This document shows positions 1 through 8,974 of a stretch of 52,049 nt of DNA, piece after piece. The stretch's first letter is position 1. Each line of letters starts with the position of its first letter. The DNA comes from Bacilli bacterium (GTDB lineage Bacteria; Bacillota_I; Bacilli_A; RFN20; CAG-826). The notes beneath the pieces are model-generated. The model searched no databases. It was not told the DNA's origin and was given only the letters and a program-made list of their open reading frames with translations. The stretch lies in the NCBI GenBank assembly GCA_017442875.1, contig JAFSPN010000030.1, positions 1-52,049 of the forward strand. Reading direction: 5' to 3'. Made by a program: the position numbers and the translations under genes.

Positions 1-246
1 ATAGATGTTGAATAGTTCTAATTCATCCGCTACTAAACCTGTTTCTTCAAACAATTCTCTTTTCGCAGTTACTATGACCTCTTCCGCCATATCAACTGTG
101 CCACCTGGAAAGTCTAGATAACCGTCATCCGCTCTTTCTTCAATAAGAATCTCGTTTTGTTCATTAAAAAGGATGACCACAGCGTGGGCCAATAACATTG
201 GTTCATGGCCAATTACTTTTCTCACTTTTTTAATGTAATCTTCCAT
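1..246 (-). CDS. NUDIX hydrolase (3' end outside window)
   Basis: Manual translation from ATG at 246: MEDYIKKVRKVIGHEPMLLAHAVVILFNEQNEILIEERADDGYLDFPGGTVDMAEEVIVTAKRELFEETGL, which contains a Nudix box G-x5-E-x7-RE-x2-EE-x-G. Confidence 0.9.
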   Translation of the reverse strand, partial: MEDYIKKVRKVIGHEPMLLAHAVVILFNEQNEILIEERADDGYLDFPGGTVDMAEEVIVTAKRELFEETGLVADELELFNIY

Positions 247-247
247 A

Positions 248-1153
248 TTATCGAACCGAAGATATAACTACCTTACCCTTGCCTTTAATGACGCATTTCT
301 TTTGATAAGGTAAAAAGAATGTATCGTATTGCGTAAATGAAATATCGTTAACTGTTCCATCCCCTTCTAAGAAAGTAAAAGATATAAATGATTTCTCATT
401 CGCGGATATTTCTAGTTCATTTTCAAAGCTTATTTCTTTAACGGTAAAATATTGGTTATCCGCTAATAACGATGAACCGCTTTTAACCATTTGATAACGA
501 TGATAATTGATTACTTCCAAGGCTTTTTTGATATGTAGTTCTCTTGGATGACCATATTGATCAACACGATTATAGTCATATAAACGATAAGTTAAATTAG
601 AGTTTTGTTGGATTTCAATGAGTCTAACGCCCTTACCAATCGCATGTATTGTACCAGGATTAATGATGAACGTATCGCCTGGTTTGACTTTAAAGAAGTT
701 AAGACAATCAAGAATTGTGCCTTCTTTAAGTGCTTTTTCAATATCTTGTTTTTGATAGTCTTTATTTAAACCAACATAAAGTCCACTACCTTCATCCGCG
801 GAAATGATATGCCACATTTCACTTTTGCCAAATGAGTTTTCGTATTTTAAAGCGTATTCATCACTCGGGTGAACTTGGACCGATAGATTTTCTTTCGCGT
901 CAATTAATTTGATAAGCAACGGAAAATATGGGAATCTTTCCATCACTGGTCCGATATCTTTATTTGTAATAGCTTGGTTAAGTAGTTTACCTTCATCTTT
1001 TCCAGAAGCGATAATTGAAGAATCGTTATCTCTTAAAGAAAGTTCCCAGCACTCACTAACTCTAGCAAGTCCTAGTCCTTTATTAAATTTCTGAAAGTAA
1101 TTACCACCCCAGATATAATCTTTAACCGCTGGTTTTAATTTAACTAATTCCAT
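248..1153 (-). CDS. manA: Class I mannose-6-phosphate isomerase
   Basis: YIWGG, ECW, LSVQVHP, KSEMW, PGTIHAI and EIQQNS motifs of type I PMI. Confidence 0.93.
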   Translation of the reverse strand: MELVKLKPAVKDYIWGGNYFQKFNKGLGLARVSECWELSLRDNDSSIIASGKDEGKLLNQAITNKDIGPVMERFPYFPLLIKLIDAKENLSVQVHPSDEYALKYENSFGKSEMWHIISADEGSGLYVGLNKDYQKQDIEKALKEGTILDCLNFFKVKPGDTFIINPGTIHAIGKGVRLIEIQQNSNLTYRLYDYNRVDQYGHPRELHIKKALEVINYHRYQMVKSGSSLLADNQYFTVKEISFENELEISANEKSFISFTFLEGDGTVNDISFTQYDTFFLPYQKKCVIKGKGKVVISSVR

Positions 1154-1155
1154 AT

Positions 1156-2835
1156 TTATTTAATAAAACTATTGAATAGTTCCTTCAATTCATCAATTCT
1201 ATTTTGTCCATTAGCGAAGAAATAGATCTTTAGTTTTGGTTCGGTACCACTTGGCCTAATCGTTATCGTGGAATGATCGTTTAAGAAGAACTTCACGACA
1301 TCGCTCTTTGGAAGATTAGTGGCTTCTTTTCTATCGCTATAATGAATATAGCCTTCTTTATAATCGCCAATATGGTCGATACCTTTAATTTCTTTTTTAA
1401 TGTCTTCGCTTCTAAACTTTGCCATTAAGTCTTTGATCCTTTGCATACCTTCAACACCCGGGAATTCAAATGTTAATAGGAGCGTTTTAAAATCACCATA
1501 TTTTTTATATAAAGCATTTAATCTATCTAACAAAGTTAAACCTTGTTTCTTTAAATGATTAGCCACTTCACAAACAAGCATCACTGCGTTAACCGCGTCT
1601 TTGTCTCTAACATCGGTATTAGTGAGATAACCACAAGACTCCTCAAAACCTAATAAATAGTCGTTTTGAGCGTTTTTCTCTTCTAAGAAGAGTATTTGTT
1701 CACCGATGTATTTAAAACCCGTTAAAACGTCGATTACACGCACATTAAAGTCTTTAGCCATAATAGAGGCCATATCGCTAGAAACAATTGTTTTTACTAA
1801 GACGGGATTGTTTGGTAATTTGCCTTGTTCTTTTTTAGCGTGATAGACCGCATCAAATAATAATATTCCTACTTCATTACCCGTTAAGATTCTGGCGTTG
1901 CCATTATCATTAACAACCACACCACATCGATCGCTATCTGGATCGGTCGCTACGAGAATATCGGCGTTTTCCCTTAGCAAGTTATCAATACCTAGTTTTA
2001 ACGCTTCGTGGATTTCAGGGTTTGGATATGGACAGGTTGGAAAATTACCATCAGGCATTTCTTGTTCTTTGACCAATTTAACATTTTTAAAACCATCTTT
2101 TTCTAATATGGTTGTCACGCATCTACGACCCGCGCCATTGAGAGGGGTATAAATCACATTTAATGTTTTTTCTTCTTGATAGATTGATTGCTTTAAAGTG
2201 CTATTCATATAAGCATCAAAACAATCTTGTCCAATAATGATGATGTCACCTTTTTTAACCAGTTCGTCATAATTGCCCACTTTGACATCATTGAACATGT
2301 CTAAAGCAAGTATTTCGTTTAAGATAGCGCCCGCTAGAGCGTCAGTGCATTGACAGCCATCGGGGCCATAGACTTTATAACCGTTATAAATCTTTGGATT
2401 ATGGCTAGCGGTAACCACTACGCCTGCTTGACATTTATAGTAACGGGTAGCAAAAGAGAGGGAGGGTGTAGGCATTAATTCCGAAAACAGGTATACTTTA
2501 ATGCCATTACTCGCCAATGTAGAAGCGGTTTCCTTAGCGAATTCATCGCTGTGGTTACGACTATCATACGCAATAGCGACACTCGCACCTTTTTGCCTTT
2601 TGTTTAAAAAGTTAGCTAAACCTTGCGTGGCCCTTCTAATAATGAAGCGGTTCATTCTATTTGTGCCCACTTCTATAACACCACGTAAGCCACCAGTGCC
2701 GAATTCTAAATCACGATAAAATCGATCTTTAATTTTGTTATCGTCATCTTTAATTAATAACAGCTCGTCTTTTTCTTCTTTGGATAGAAGAGAAGAATTT
2801 AGCCATTCTTGATATATGCTGTAATAATCTCTCAT
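1156..2835 (-). CDS. pgm: Phosphoglucomutase/phosphomannomutase
   Basis: FGTGGLRG, TASHNP catalytic Ser, DPDSDR metal loop, GFEES, RPSGTEPKLK. Confidence 0.93.
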   Translation of the reverse strand: MRDYYSIYQEWLNSSLLSKEEKDELLLIKDDDNKIKDRFYRDLEFGTGGLRGVIEVGTNRMNRFIIRRATQGLANFLNKRQKGASVAIAYDSRNHSDEFAKETASTLASNGIKVYLFSELMPTPSLSFATRYYKCQAGVVVTASHNPKIYNGYKVYGPDGCQCTDALAGAILNEILALDMFNDVKVGNYDELVKKGDIIIIGQDCFDAYMNSTLKQSIYQEEKTLNVIYTPLNGAGRRCVTTILEKDGFKNVKLVKEQEMPDGNFPTCPYPNPEIHEALKLGIDNLLRENADILVATDPDSDRCGVVVNDNGNARILTGNEVGILLFDAVYHAKKEQGKLPNNPVLVKTIVSSDMASIMAKDFNVRVIDVLTGFKYIGEQILFLEEKNAQNDYLLGFEESCGYLTNTDVRDKDAVNAVMLVCEVANHLKKQGLTLLDRLNALYKKYGDFKTLLLTFEFPGVEGMQRIKDLMAKFRSEDIKKEIKGIDHIGDYKEGYIHYSDRKEATNLPKSDVVKFFLNDHSTITIRPSGTEPKLKIYFFANGQNRIDELKELFNSFIK

Positions 2836-2849
2836 CTTTATTACCTCAA

Positions 2850-4736
2850 TTACTTAATTGATTTTAATTCAAAAGCCTCTCTTGGTACATATAATTCAAA
2901 CTTAGGCATTTTATAAACTGAGAAGTTATTGCCAATGACAAATGAACAATACTTTTCAAAGTTTCCAACTTGGACATATGCTAATAATTTATTACCTAGA
3001 ACATCTTCGTCATAAGCGGATACTTTGATTTTATTAGATGGGATATCCATTACTGGATTTTCTAACTTATCGTTTTTCTTAAGCATCTTATTTGGGAATA
3101 ATGGCAACAATTTATCTTGTTTAAAAACGATTTCATATTCACCGTTTTCTAAGCCTTCTTCAGGATACGTTAATGTAAAGCCACTCACTTTAACTTTCAT
3201 TTGTCCTTTAACGGTATTAACACTAGCAATACCTTTATTTGGATACACGACTTCACGGGAATTGGTTTTGTTATGGTCTTTATCATAGATATTGATTCTT
3301 TGATATGGGAAATATAAAGCGACTTCTTTACCAAGTTTAACTTCTTCGTCGTTTTTCACTTTCATCGCAAAGTATCCTTCGACACCTTTAAGGGAGAAAT
3401 AAACGGCTTGGTAATCAGTCTTTTGCTCGACGAATTCAAATTTCGCCATCACCGTTAAAGCGTTAGGCGTTTCTTCTTCGCTAATGTAGTCTGGTTTAAT
3501 CGCTAAATAGACTTCATTATTAAATGAAGCGTCTAATAAATGGCTAGCGTATTCTTCATCAAGAGATAATTCTTGTTGACCCATTGATATAACGCCATCT
3601 TTAATAACAACAGGAATTTCATCTTCTGAAGGAATACCCATAATGGCTTTATGTGTCATAGCATCAAATAGATAGACATGATTCATATCAAAGTCTAATT
3701 TGGTTTCCTCGTTAGCGTGAATCTTGCTATTAAATGGAATCTTAATAATGAATTGTTCTTTTCTATTTTCCATCTTGCAGTAAAGGATTGATTCATCACC
3801 TAAATGTTCCACAACATCAATAAAGGCTTTTAAATTACCTGCGTTTGGATGGACGTGTTCAGGTCTAATACCTAACAAGACCTTCTCACCGATATATTTT
3901 TTGTTCGCTAATTGTTTGGCTTTGATATCTGGGAAAGAAACGATCATATCGTCGCGATCATTTAATTTTGCTTTTAAAGTTTTACCGTCCATAAATAACT
4001 CTGCATCGACGATGTTCATCTGTGGAGAACCTAAGAATGTGGCGACAAATAAGTTACACGGATCTTCAAATAAGGTGATAGGTGTATCAGCTTGTTGGAT
4101 AAAACCATCTTTCATAACAACAATTCGATTGCCCATGGTCATAGCTTCAGTTTGGTCGTGAGTAACGTAGATAAAGGTTGTTTCTAATTTTTCATGGAGT
4201 TTAGTAATTTCACTACGCATGGAAACACGTAATTTAGCGTCTAAGTTAGATAAAGGTTCGTCTAAAAGGAAGACTTTAGGATGTCTAACGATTGTTCTAC
4301 CTAAGGCCACTCTTTGTCTTTGACCACCAGAAAGGGCTTTTGGTTTACGCGATAATAATTCTGAGATCTCAAGAATTTCCGCTGCGGCCTTCACTCTTTT
4401 ATCAATTTCATCTTTTGGAGTATGTCTAAGTTTTAAGCCAAAAGCCATGTTCTCATACACAGTCATATGCGGGTAAAGAGCATAGCTTTGGAAAACCATC
4501 GCGATATCTCTATTCTTTGGTTCAACTTCATTCATGAGCTCACCATCGATATAAAGTTGGCCAGCGGTAATATCTTCTAAGCCGGCAATCATTCTTAATG
4601 TCGTGGATTTACCACATCCAGAAGGACCAACGAAAACAACGAATTCCTTATCTCTGATATTCAAATCAAAATCGTTAACCGCACGTACGCTTCCTTCATA
4701 AACCTTATAAACGTGTCTGAGTGTTACATCTGCCAT
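2850..4736 (-). CDS. msmX: Sugar ABC transporter ATPase (MsmX/MalK type) with ~250-aa C-terminal extension
   Basis: GPSGCGKST, LSGGQRQR, LLDEPLSNLDAKLR, YVTHDQ; TOBE-like region followed by extra sequence (628 aa total). Confidence 0.88.
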   Translation of the reverse strand: MADVTLRHVYKVYEGSVRAVNDFDLNIRDKEFVVFVGPSGCGKSTTLRMIAGLEDITAGQLYIDGELMNEVEPKNRDIAMVFQSYALYPHMTVYENMAFGLKLRHTPKDEIDKRVKAAAEILEISELLSRKPKALSGGQRQRVALGRTIVRHPKVFLLDEPLSNLDAKLRVSMRSEITKLHEKLETTFIYVTHDQTEAMTMGNRIVVMKDGFIQQADTPITLFEDPCNLFVATFLGSPQMNIVDAELFMDGKTLKAKLNDRDDMIVSFPDIKAKQLANKKYIGEKVLLGIRPEHVHPNAGNLKAFIDVVEHLGDESILYCKMENRKEQFIIKIPFNSKIHANEETKLDFDMNHVYLFDAMTHKAIMGIPSEDEIPVVIKDGVISMGQQELSLDEEYASHLLDASFNNEVYLAIKPDYISEEETPNALTVMAKFEFVEQKTDYQAVYFSLKGVEGYFAMKVKNDEEVKLGKEVALYFPYQRINIYDKDHNKTNSREVVYPNKGIASVNTVKGQMKVKVSGFTLTYPEEGLENGEYEIVFKQDKLLPLFPNKMLKKNDKLENPVMDIPSNKIKVSAYDEDVLGNKLLAYVQVGNFEKYCSFVIGNNFSVYKMPKFELYVPREAFELKSIK

Positions 4737-4740
4737 AAAA

Positions 4741-5598
4741 TTAGGCCTCCTTATCCTCTAACTTTTTATATAAACCCTTACCGACCATGTCAGGGTAATG
4801 TTCTTTGTTAATATATTTATCAAACGCTGAATGAGATATCAGTGTATATAAAATGATGACTACACTATTTAAGATAGCAAATAAGAACATGCCAATCGCT
4901 AATGTAATCATATTGAAACAACAAAGCGTGAAGACCGCTCCTGTTGAAAGAATGAATAAAACAATCACTTTCCAATTTAATAATCCTAAGAAACAAAATG
5001 AATTTTTTAATGTGGCAAATATGCCATTCGAATAATAAACATCTTGTGTAAGGTTTAACGCGACGACCATACCAAACACCAAGAATAAAAGAATCAAAGC
5101 GCCGATACCGACACCGCACCAAATAGGAGAAGCAGGCGAATAAATATATAGATAACTACCACCCACCACTAATCCGAATAAGAATAAGCCGAATAACAAG
5201 CCGTTTAAAACAGCGCGTTTCCAGTTATCTTTGATGCCGTTGAAGAAATCAACCGCAACAGAGATACCATCTTGCCACACCATCTTTTTAGCGACATAGA
5301 AGGCACCGGCAAAACCAAGGAAGCCAATCATCATACAAGGCACCATAATGGCCATTGAATAAAAGACCCAAGAAAACAAATCTTCGCTCTTACCACTAGC
5401 GATAGCCATCGATTCTAAATAGTTGAATAAGAATAAATCAACCGCTAATGGGATGAAAAACATAAAAACATAACAAGATAAAACAAACATCGTCATCTTG
5501 CGATTTTTAAGCAAATCAAAGAAGGCTTCCTTTCGATTGTGAGGAAGGTTTCTAATCGCTTCGCTATCGGTGATATGTTTTTCTGTTCTTTTAAACAT
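4741..5598 (-). CDS. Polytopic membrane protein, YesL/DUF624-like accessory of sugar ABC loci
   Basis: About 5-6 hydrophobic segments, DFFNGIKDNWKRA motif; start taken at MFKRTEK (5598), coupled to the upstream stop. Confidence 0.55.
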   Translation of the reverse strand: MFKRTEKHITDSEAIRNLPHNRKEAFFDLLKNRKMTMFVLSCYVFMFFIPLAVDLFLFNYLESMAIASGKSEDLFSWVFYSMAIMVPCMMIGFLGFAGAFYVAKKMVWQDGISVAVDFFNGIKDNWKRAVLNGLLFGLFLFGLVVGGSYLYIYSPASPIWCGVGIGALILLFLVFGMVVALNLTQDVYYSNGIFATLKNSFCFLGLLNWKVIVLFILSTGAVFTLCCFNMITLAIGMFLFAILNSVVIILYTLISHSAFDKYINKEHYPDMVGKGLYKKLEDKEA

Positions 5599-6197
5599 TA
5601 GATCCCCCATTCTTTGACTAGAGTTAAGGCGTTATCGTGTTCAGCGTTTTGTTTTTTGGAATATTGACCGATATTTTCGCTTCTGAAATTAAATAACATA
5701 TAGCAATCTTCTTCTGGTAAGGTCATATACTCTTTAACTTTTTCCTTATCCACTTTAATGCCGTATTTGACATCGTCTTGCTGATATAGCGTATAGCCTT
5801 GATATGATGTTGCAATTAATTCGTCAGATAAACCTAACGCGAATGATGATAATTTGAGATTATCTAACTTACTAGTATTGATAATCAGTACATCAGCGGA
5901 ATTATAGCCCGCTGTGGTGAGTTTGGTATAGAAGCTACCTTCATTTGGATTAGCGGATATGCAAGAGACGCTTTTTAACTCTTTATCTTTATATTTATCC
6001 AACATATCATCGCTCAATTTACTTGCGTCTGTGTACTCGCCCGCGATAAAGAAAGTAAATGTTTTATAAGCGGGTGTACGATGAGCGACACCGAAGATGA
6101 AATTAAGGGCAAACACCGCGATGACTCCTGTTACTAAATATATCGGCCACGTGTATTTGATAACCGTTTTAATTCTCGTTTTCTTAACGGCGTTCAT
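5598..6197 (-). CDS. Hypothetical membrane-anchored protein (possible partial solute-binding-like fold)
   Basis: One N-terminal TM helix then a soluble domain; overlaps neighbours in operon fashion. Confidence 0.6.
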   Translation of the reverse strand: MNAVKKTRIKTVIKYTWPIYLVTGVIAVFALNFIFGVAHRTPAYKTFTFFIAGEYTDASKLSDDMLDKYKDKELKSVSCISANPNEGSFYTKLTTAGYNSADVLIINTSKLDNLKLSSFALGLSDELIATSYQGYTLYQQDDVKYGIKVDKEKVKEYMTLPEEDCYMLFNFRSENIGQYSKKQNAEHDNALTLVKEWGI

Positions 6198-6682
6198 GCG
6201 TGCTTCTCCGCTTTAATGATGATGCGTTGATAAGTTGTAATTGTTAGCTTATCTTCTTCTTGATAATTGAGGTCGTCAAGCGTGTAAATGATTTTGTCTC
6301 TTTCTCCAAGAGTGGATAAATATCTCACAAAAACGGGATAGACATATAAACCGTTAACATAACACAGTTCATCACTCTTTCTAATGAAGATGACTTCATC
6401 AGTTGGTTGAATACCACTTTGATAACCTCTGAAATACTGATATCGAGCGTTTATATCGCTATAGACATTACTGATGAAGAATATCATGAACCAGATAAAT
6501 AGCACTGTTATAATACTGGAAATGATGAAATTAACAATATATTCTTCTCCCGCTAGAGCGACTAATAAAACATCGGCGATAATCACGGCTGTGAGGATAA
6601 GGGAGAACAATAAAGACGATCTAAAGATTTTAGACTTAGCTTTTATGTACTCCCCATTAACATCGACACAGTAATTATTCAT
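6194..6682 (-). CDS. Hypothetical membrane protein (2 TM)
   Basis: Two hydrophobic helices; start/stop overlaps with neighbours. Confidence 0.6.
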   Translation of the reverse strand: MNNYCVDVNGEYIKAKSKIFRSSLLFSLILTAVIIADVLLVALAGEEYIVNFIISSIITVLFIWFMIFFISNVYSDINARYQYFRGYQSGIQPTDEVIFIRKSDELCYVNGLYVYPVFVRYLSTLGERDKIIYTLDDLNYQEEDKLTITTYQRIIIKAEKHA

Positions 6683-7959
6683 TATTGATTTTCTAATCCT
6701 TTGACAATTGATTCCCTAATAATGCCACCCCAGATGACATAGCCATAATGCGATAAGTGTAAACCATCTGTTCTAAAGTAAGCGGCATTTGGTTCGCCAT
6801 TTTCTTTAAGTAAAGCGGTACCTGGATTGATGAGAGTTAACCATTGGTTGTTCTTTTGATATTCCACCACGTTTGCATTTACCGTATTAATAGTGTTGAA
6901 ATAGCCTTTAAAACCTGGAATAAGGTTCATCATGATATATTGCACCTTTGTATCTGGTAAAGCTTCATGAGTGTGATCAAAGAAATTCTTTAAGTTGTTC
7001 CAAATTGTACCAGCGTCTTGTTTAGAGTTAATAACGTTATTGATGCCAACATAATAGACCACCATTTTTGGTTTATATGGGAACACTAATCTTTGATTGA
7101 GTTTGGTGTCCCATTCTTCGATGGTCGTGCCACCGATACCATGATTATAAGAAACGATTGGATTTAAATCTTGTTTTGAAGATTCCCAGAATTCAATCGA
7201 AGATGAACCCGCTAACATGACGTGATGAATATCTTCTTCAAGGGCTTTATCTTCGTATTTCTTAGCCTTTGATTCATAATTTGTATTACCAACGACATAG
7301 TCACCAGAAGCATCAAGAACGGTAATTGTTTGGACGTTATCACCACATGTCACTGTAATCTTATTAGAAGCATATGTAGCGGTAATGCTCTTACTAGCTT
7401 TGACTTTATATTCCATCAAAGGAAGAACATTATCTTTATTAGCGTCTAATTTAAGAAGAGCGCTTCTTGTTACTCTTACAACGTTAGAGGTGATCTTAAA
7501 ATACATCACTGAATTAATAACGTAATCCGTTGTAGCGCTTTCTTCTAAGACAGTTGATGGAGGTGTATAAGGTGGTTCTGGTTCCACTTCGGCTGCAGTA
7601 ACACCCCACTTAGCGAAAAGTCTAAGGTTATCAGAAACTTTATCGCTTTCAAAATTCCAAACGGTTTCGCATTCTTCTTCTAAATACCAACCTTGGAATT
7701 CATAGTTCTTTCTAACTGGATCAACTGGTTTATTAACCAAAGCATCTTTTTCAACGAGAACAGTTTGATAGAGTAAATTATTACCTCTACCTTTTGTGCC
7801 GTTAGAAAGAGTAAAATCTTCTCTTAAATAATTGTTAAAGAAGTCAACGCGGTAACCAAGAAAACCCTCATCATTTTTAATGGGAGCGATAGTCGCACTT
7901 ATGCATGATAAGGATAAGGCCACAAGACCTAATAATTTGATGTTTTTCATACACGGCAT
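6682..7959 (-). CDS. Secreted SGNH/GDSL esterase with InlB B-repeat (Flg_new) domain
   Basis: Signal peptide; P-x-R-x-x-Y-x-F-x-GWY...L-x-AKW repeat; GSSS, GIGG, GINN and DGLH SGNH blocks. Start may be 7950 (MKNIK). Confidence 0.8.
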   Translation of the reverse strand: MPCMKNIKLLGLVALSLSCISATIAPIKNDEGFLGYRVDFFNNYLREDFTLSNGTKGRGNNLLYQTVLVEKDALVNKPVDPVRKNYEFQGWYLEEECETVWNFESDKVSDNLRLFAKWGVTAAEVEPEPPYTPPSTVLEESATTDYVINSVMYFKITSNVVRVTRSALLKLDANKDNVLPLMEYKVKASKSITATYASNKITVTCGDNVQTITVLDASGDYVVGNTNYESKAKKYEDKALEEDIHHVMLAGSSSIEFWESSKQDLNPIVSYNHGIGGTTIEEWDTKLNQRLVFPYKPKMVVYYVGINNVINSKQDAGTIWNNLKNFFDHTHEALPDTKVQYIMMNLIPGFKGYFNTINTVNANVVEYQKNNQWLTLINPGTALLKENGEPNAAYFRTDGLHLSHYGYVIWGGIIRESIVKGLENQ

Positions 7960-8963
7960 TCCTCCTTTAAATAATTAAGAAGCTCATTTTCATCACATGT
8001 AGCGAGGCAGACAACTTTGTCTCCCGCACCATAATAGATGTATAAGGTGCCATCTTTAGGAACAACTGCGGTTGGGAAAACGCAACCATTGTAATAACCA
8101 TTAGTTTCGTATTCTTCTTCAGGTTCCATTAAGAAATCTTTGGTTCTAGCGATAATCATATAGGGGTTATTTAAATCTAATAGGATAGCGCCAACTCGAT
8201 AGGCATCATCTTTCGTGGATACACCATGATATAAGACAAGCCAACCATCTTTGGTTTTGATTGGAGGGGTACCCGCACCAATCTTTTTATCTTCCCAAGA
8301 TGTTTCACCTTGCATTAATAATTTGTAATTATCCCAGTGTAATAAGTCATCACTTTCGCTTAACCAAATCGCTGGATTTTTATTTGAATAACCTTTGCCA
8401 CATCTTTCCATCGCTCTAGAAAGCATATAGAACTTGCCGTTTATCGTTTCAGGGAAGATGAAGACATCGCGGTCATCAAAATGCGAATCAGTCATTGGTC
8501 CAAGTTTTTTCCAATTTCTTAAATCTTTAGAAATCGCAAGATGGGTCAAAGTGTTGTTATACACTAAAACTTTTGGGCCAAATTCTGGTTGGAAACCATA
8601 ATATTCTTTATCTTCTCTCCAATATTGGCCTGGAGGGAATGGACGTGATGCATAGGTGAGGTAGAAATAACTACCCATCTTCACTAATCTTGGGTCTTCA
8701 CAACCACCGGCATCCAAACCATTTGGATCTGGATCAATTAATGGTTTATCTGATACACGGGTAAAGTTAATACCATCTTTAGAAGTGGCTAAACCTAAAT
8801 GAATGATGTGTGTTTTATCATTGCCAGCAGCACGATAAATCATATAGAAGGTTTGATCTTCTTCGTTATAGATCGCCGCGGGATTTAAAACGCATAATTC
8901 TTCCCATTGATTTTGGGGGTTAGGTTTTAAAATCGGATTATTTTTATATTTAACAAATTTCAT
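7947..8963 (-). CDS. GH130 glycoside phosphorylase/mannosidase (not the GH130_2 type)
   Basis: NPIL, LNPAA, EDPR, KKIGAG, YHG, YRVGAILLD, YYGAGD five-blade propeller motifs. Confidence 0.85.
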   Translation of the reverse strand: MKFVKYKNNPILKPNPQNQWEELCVLNPAAIYNEEDQTFYMIYRAAGNDKTHIIHLGLATSKDGINFTRVSDKPLIDPDPNGLDAGGCEDPRLVKMGSYFYLTYASRPFPPGQYWREDKEYYGFQPEFGPKVLVYNNTLTHLAISKDLRNWKKLGPMTDSHFDDRDVFIFPETINGKFYMLSRAMERCGKGYSNKNPAIWLSESDDLLHWDNYKLLMQGETSWEDKKIGAGTPPIKTKDGWLVLYHGVSTKDDAYRVGAILLDLNNPYMIIARTKDFLMEPEEEYETNGYYNGCVFPTAVVPKDGTLYIYYGAGDKVVCLATCDENELLNYLKEECRV

Positions 8964-8974
8964 AACGCTCCCTC

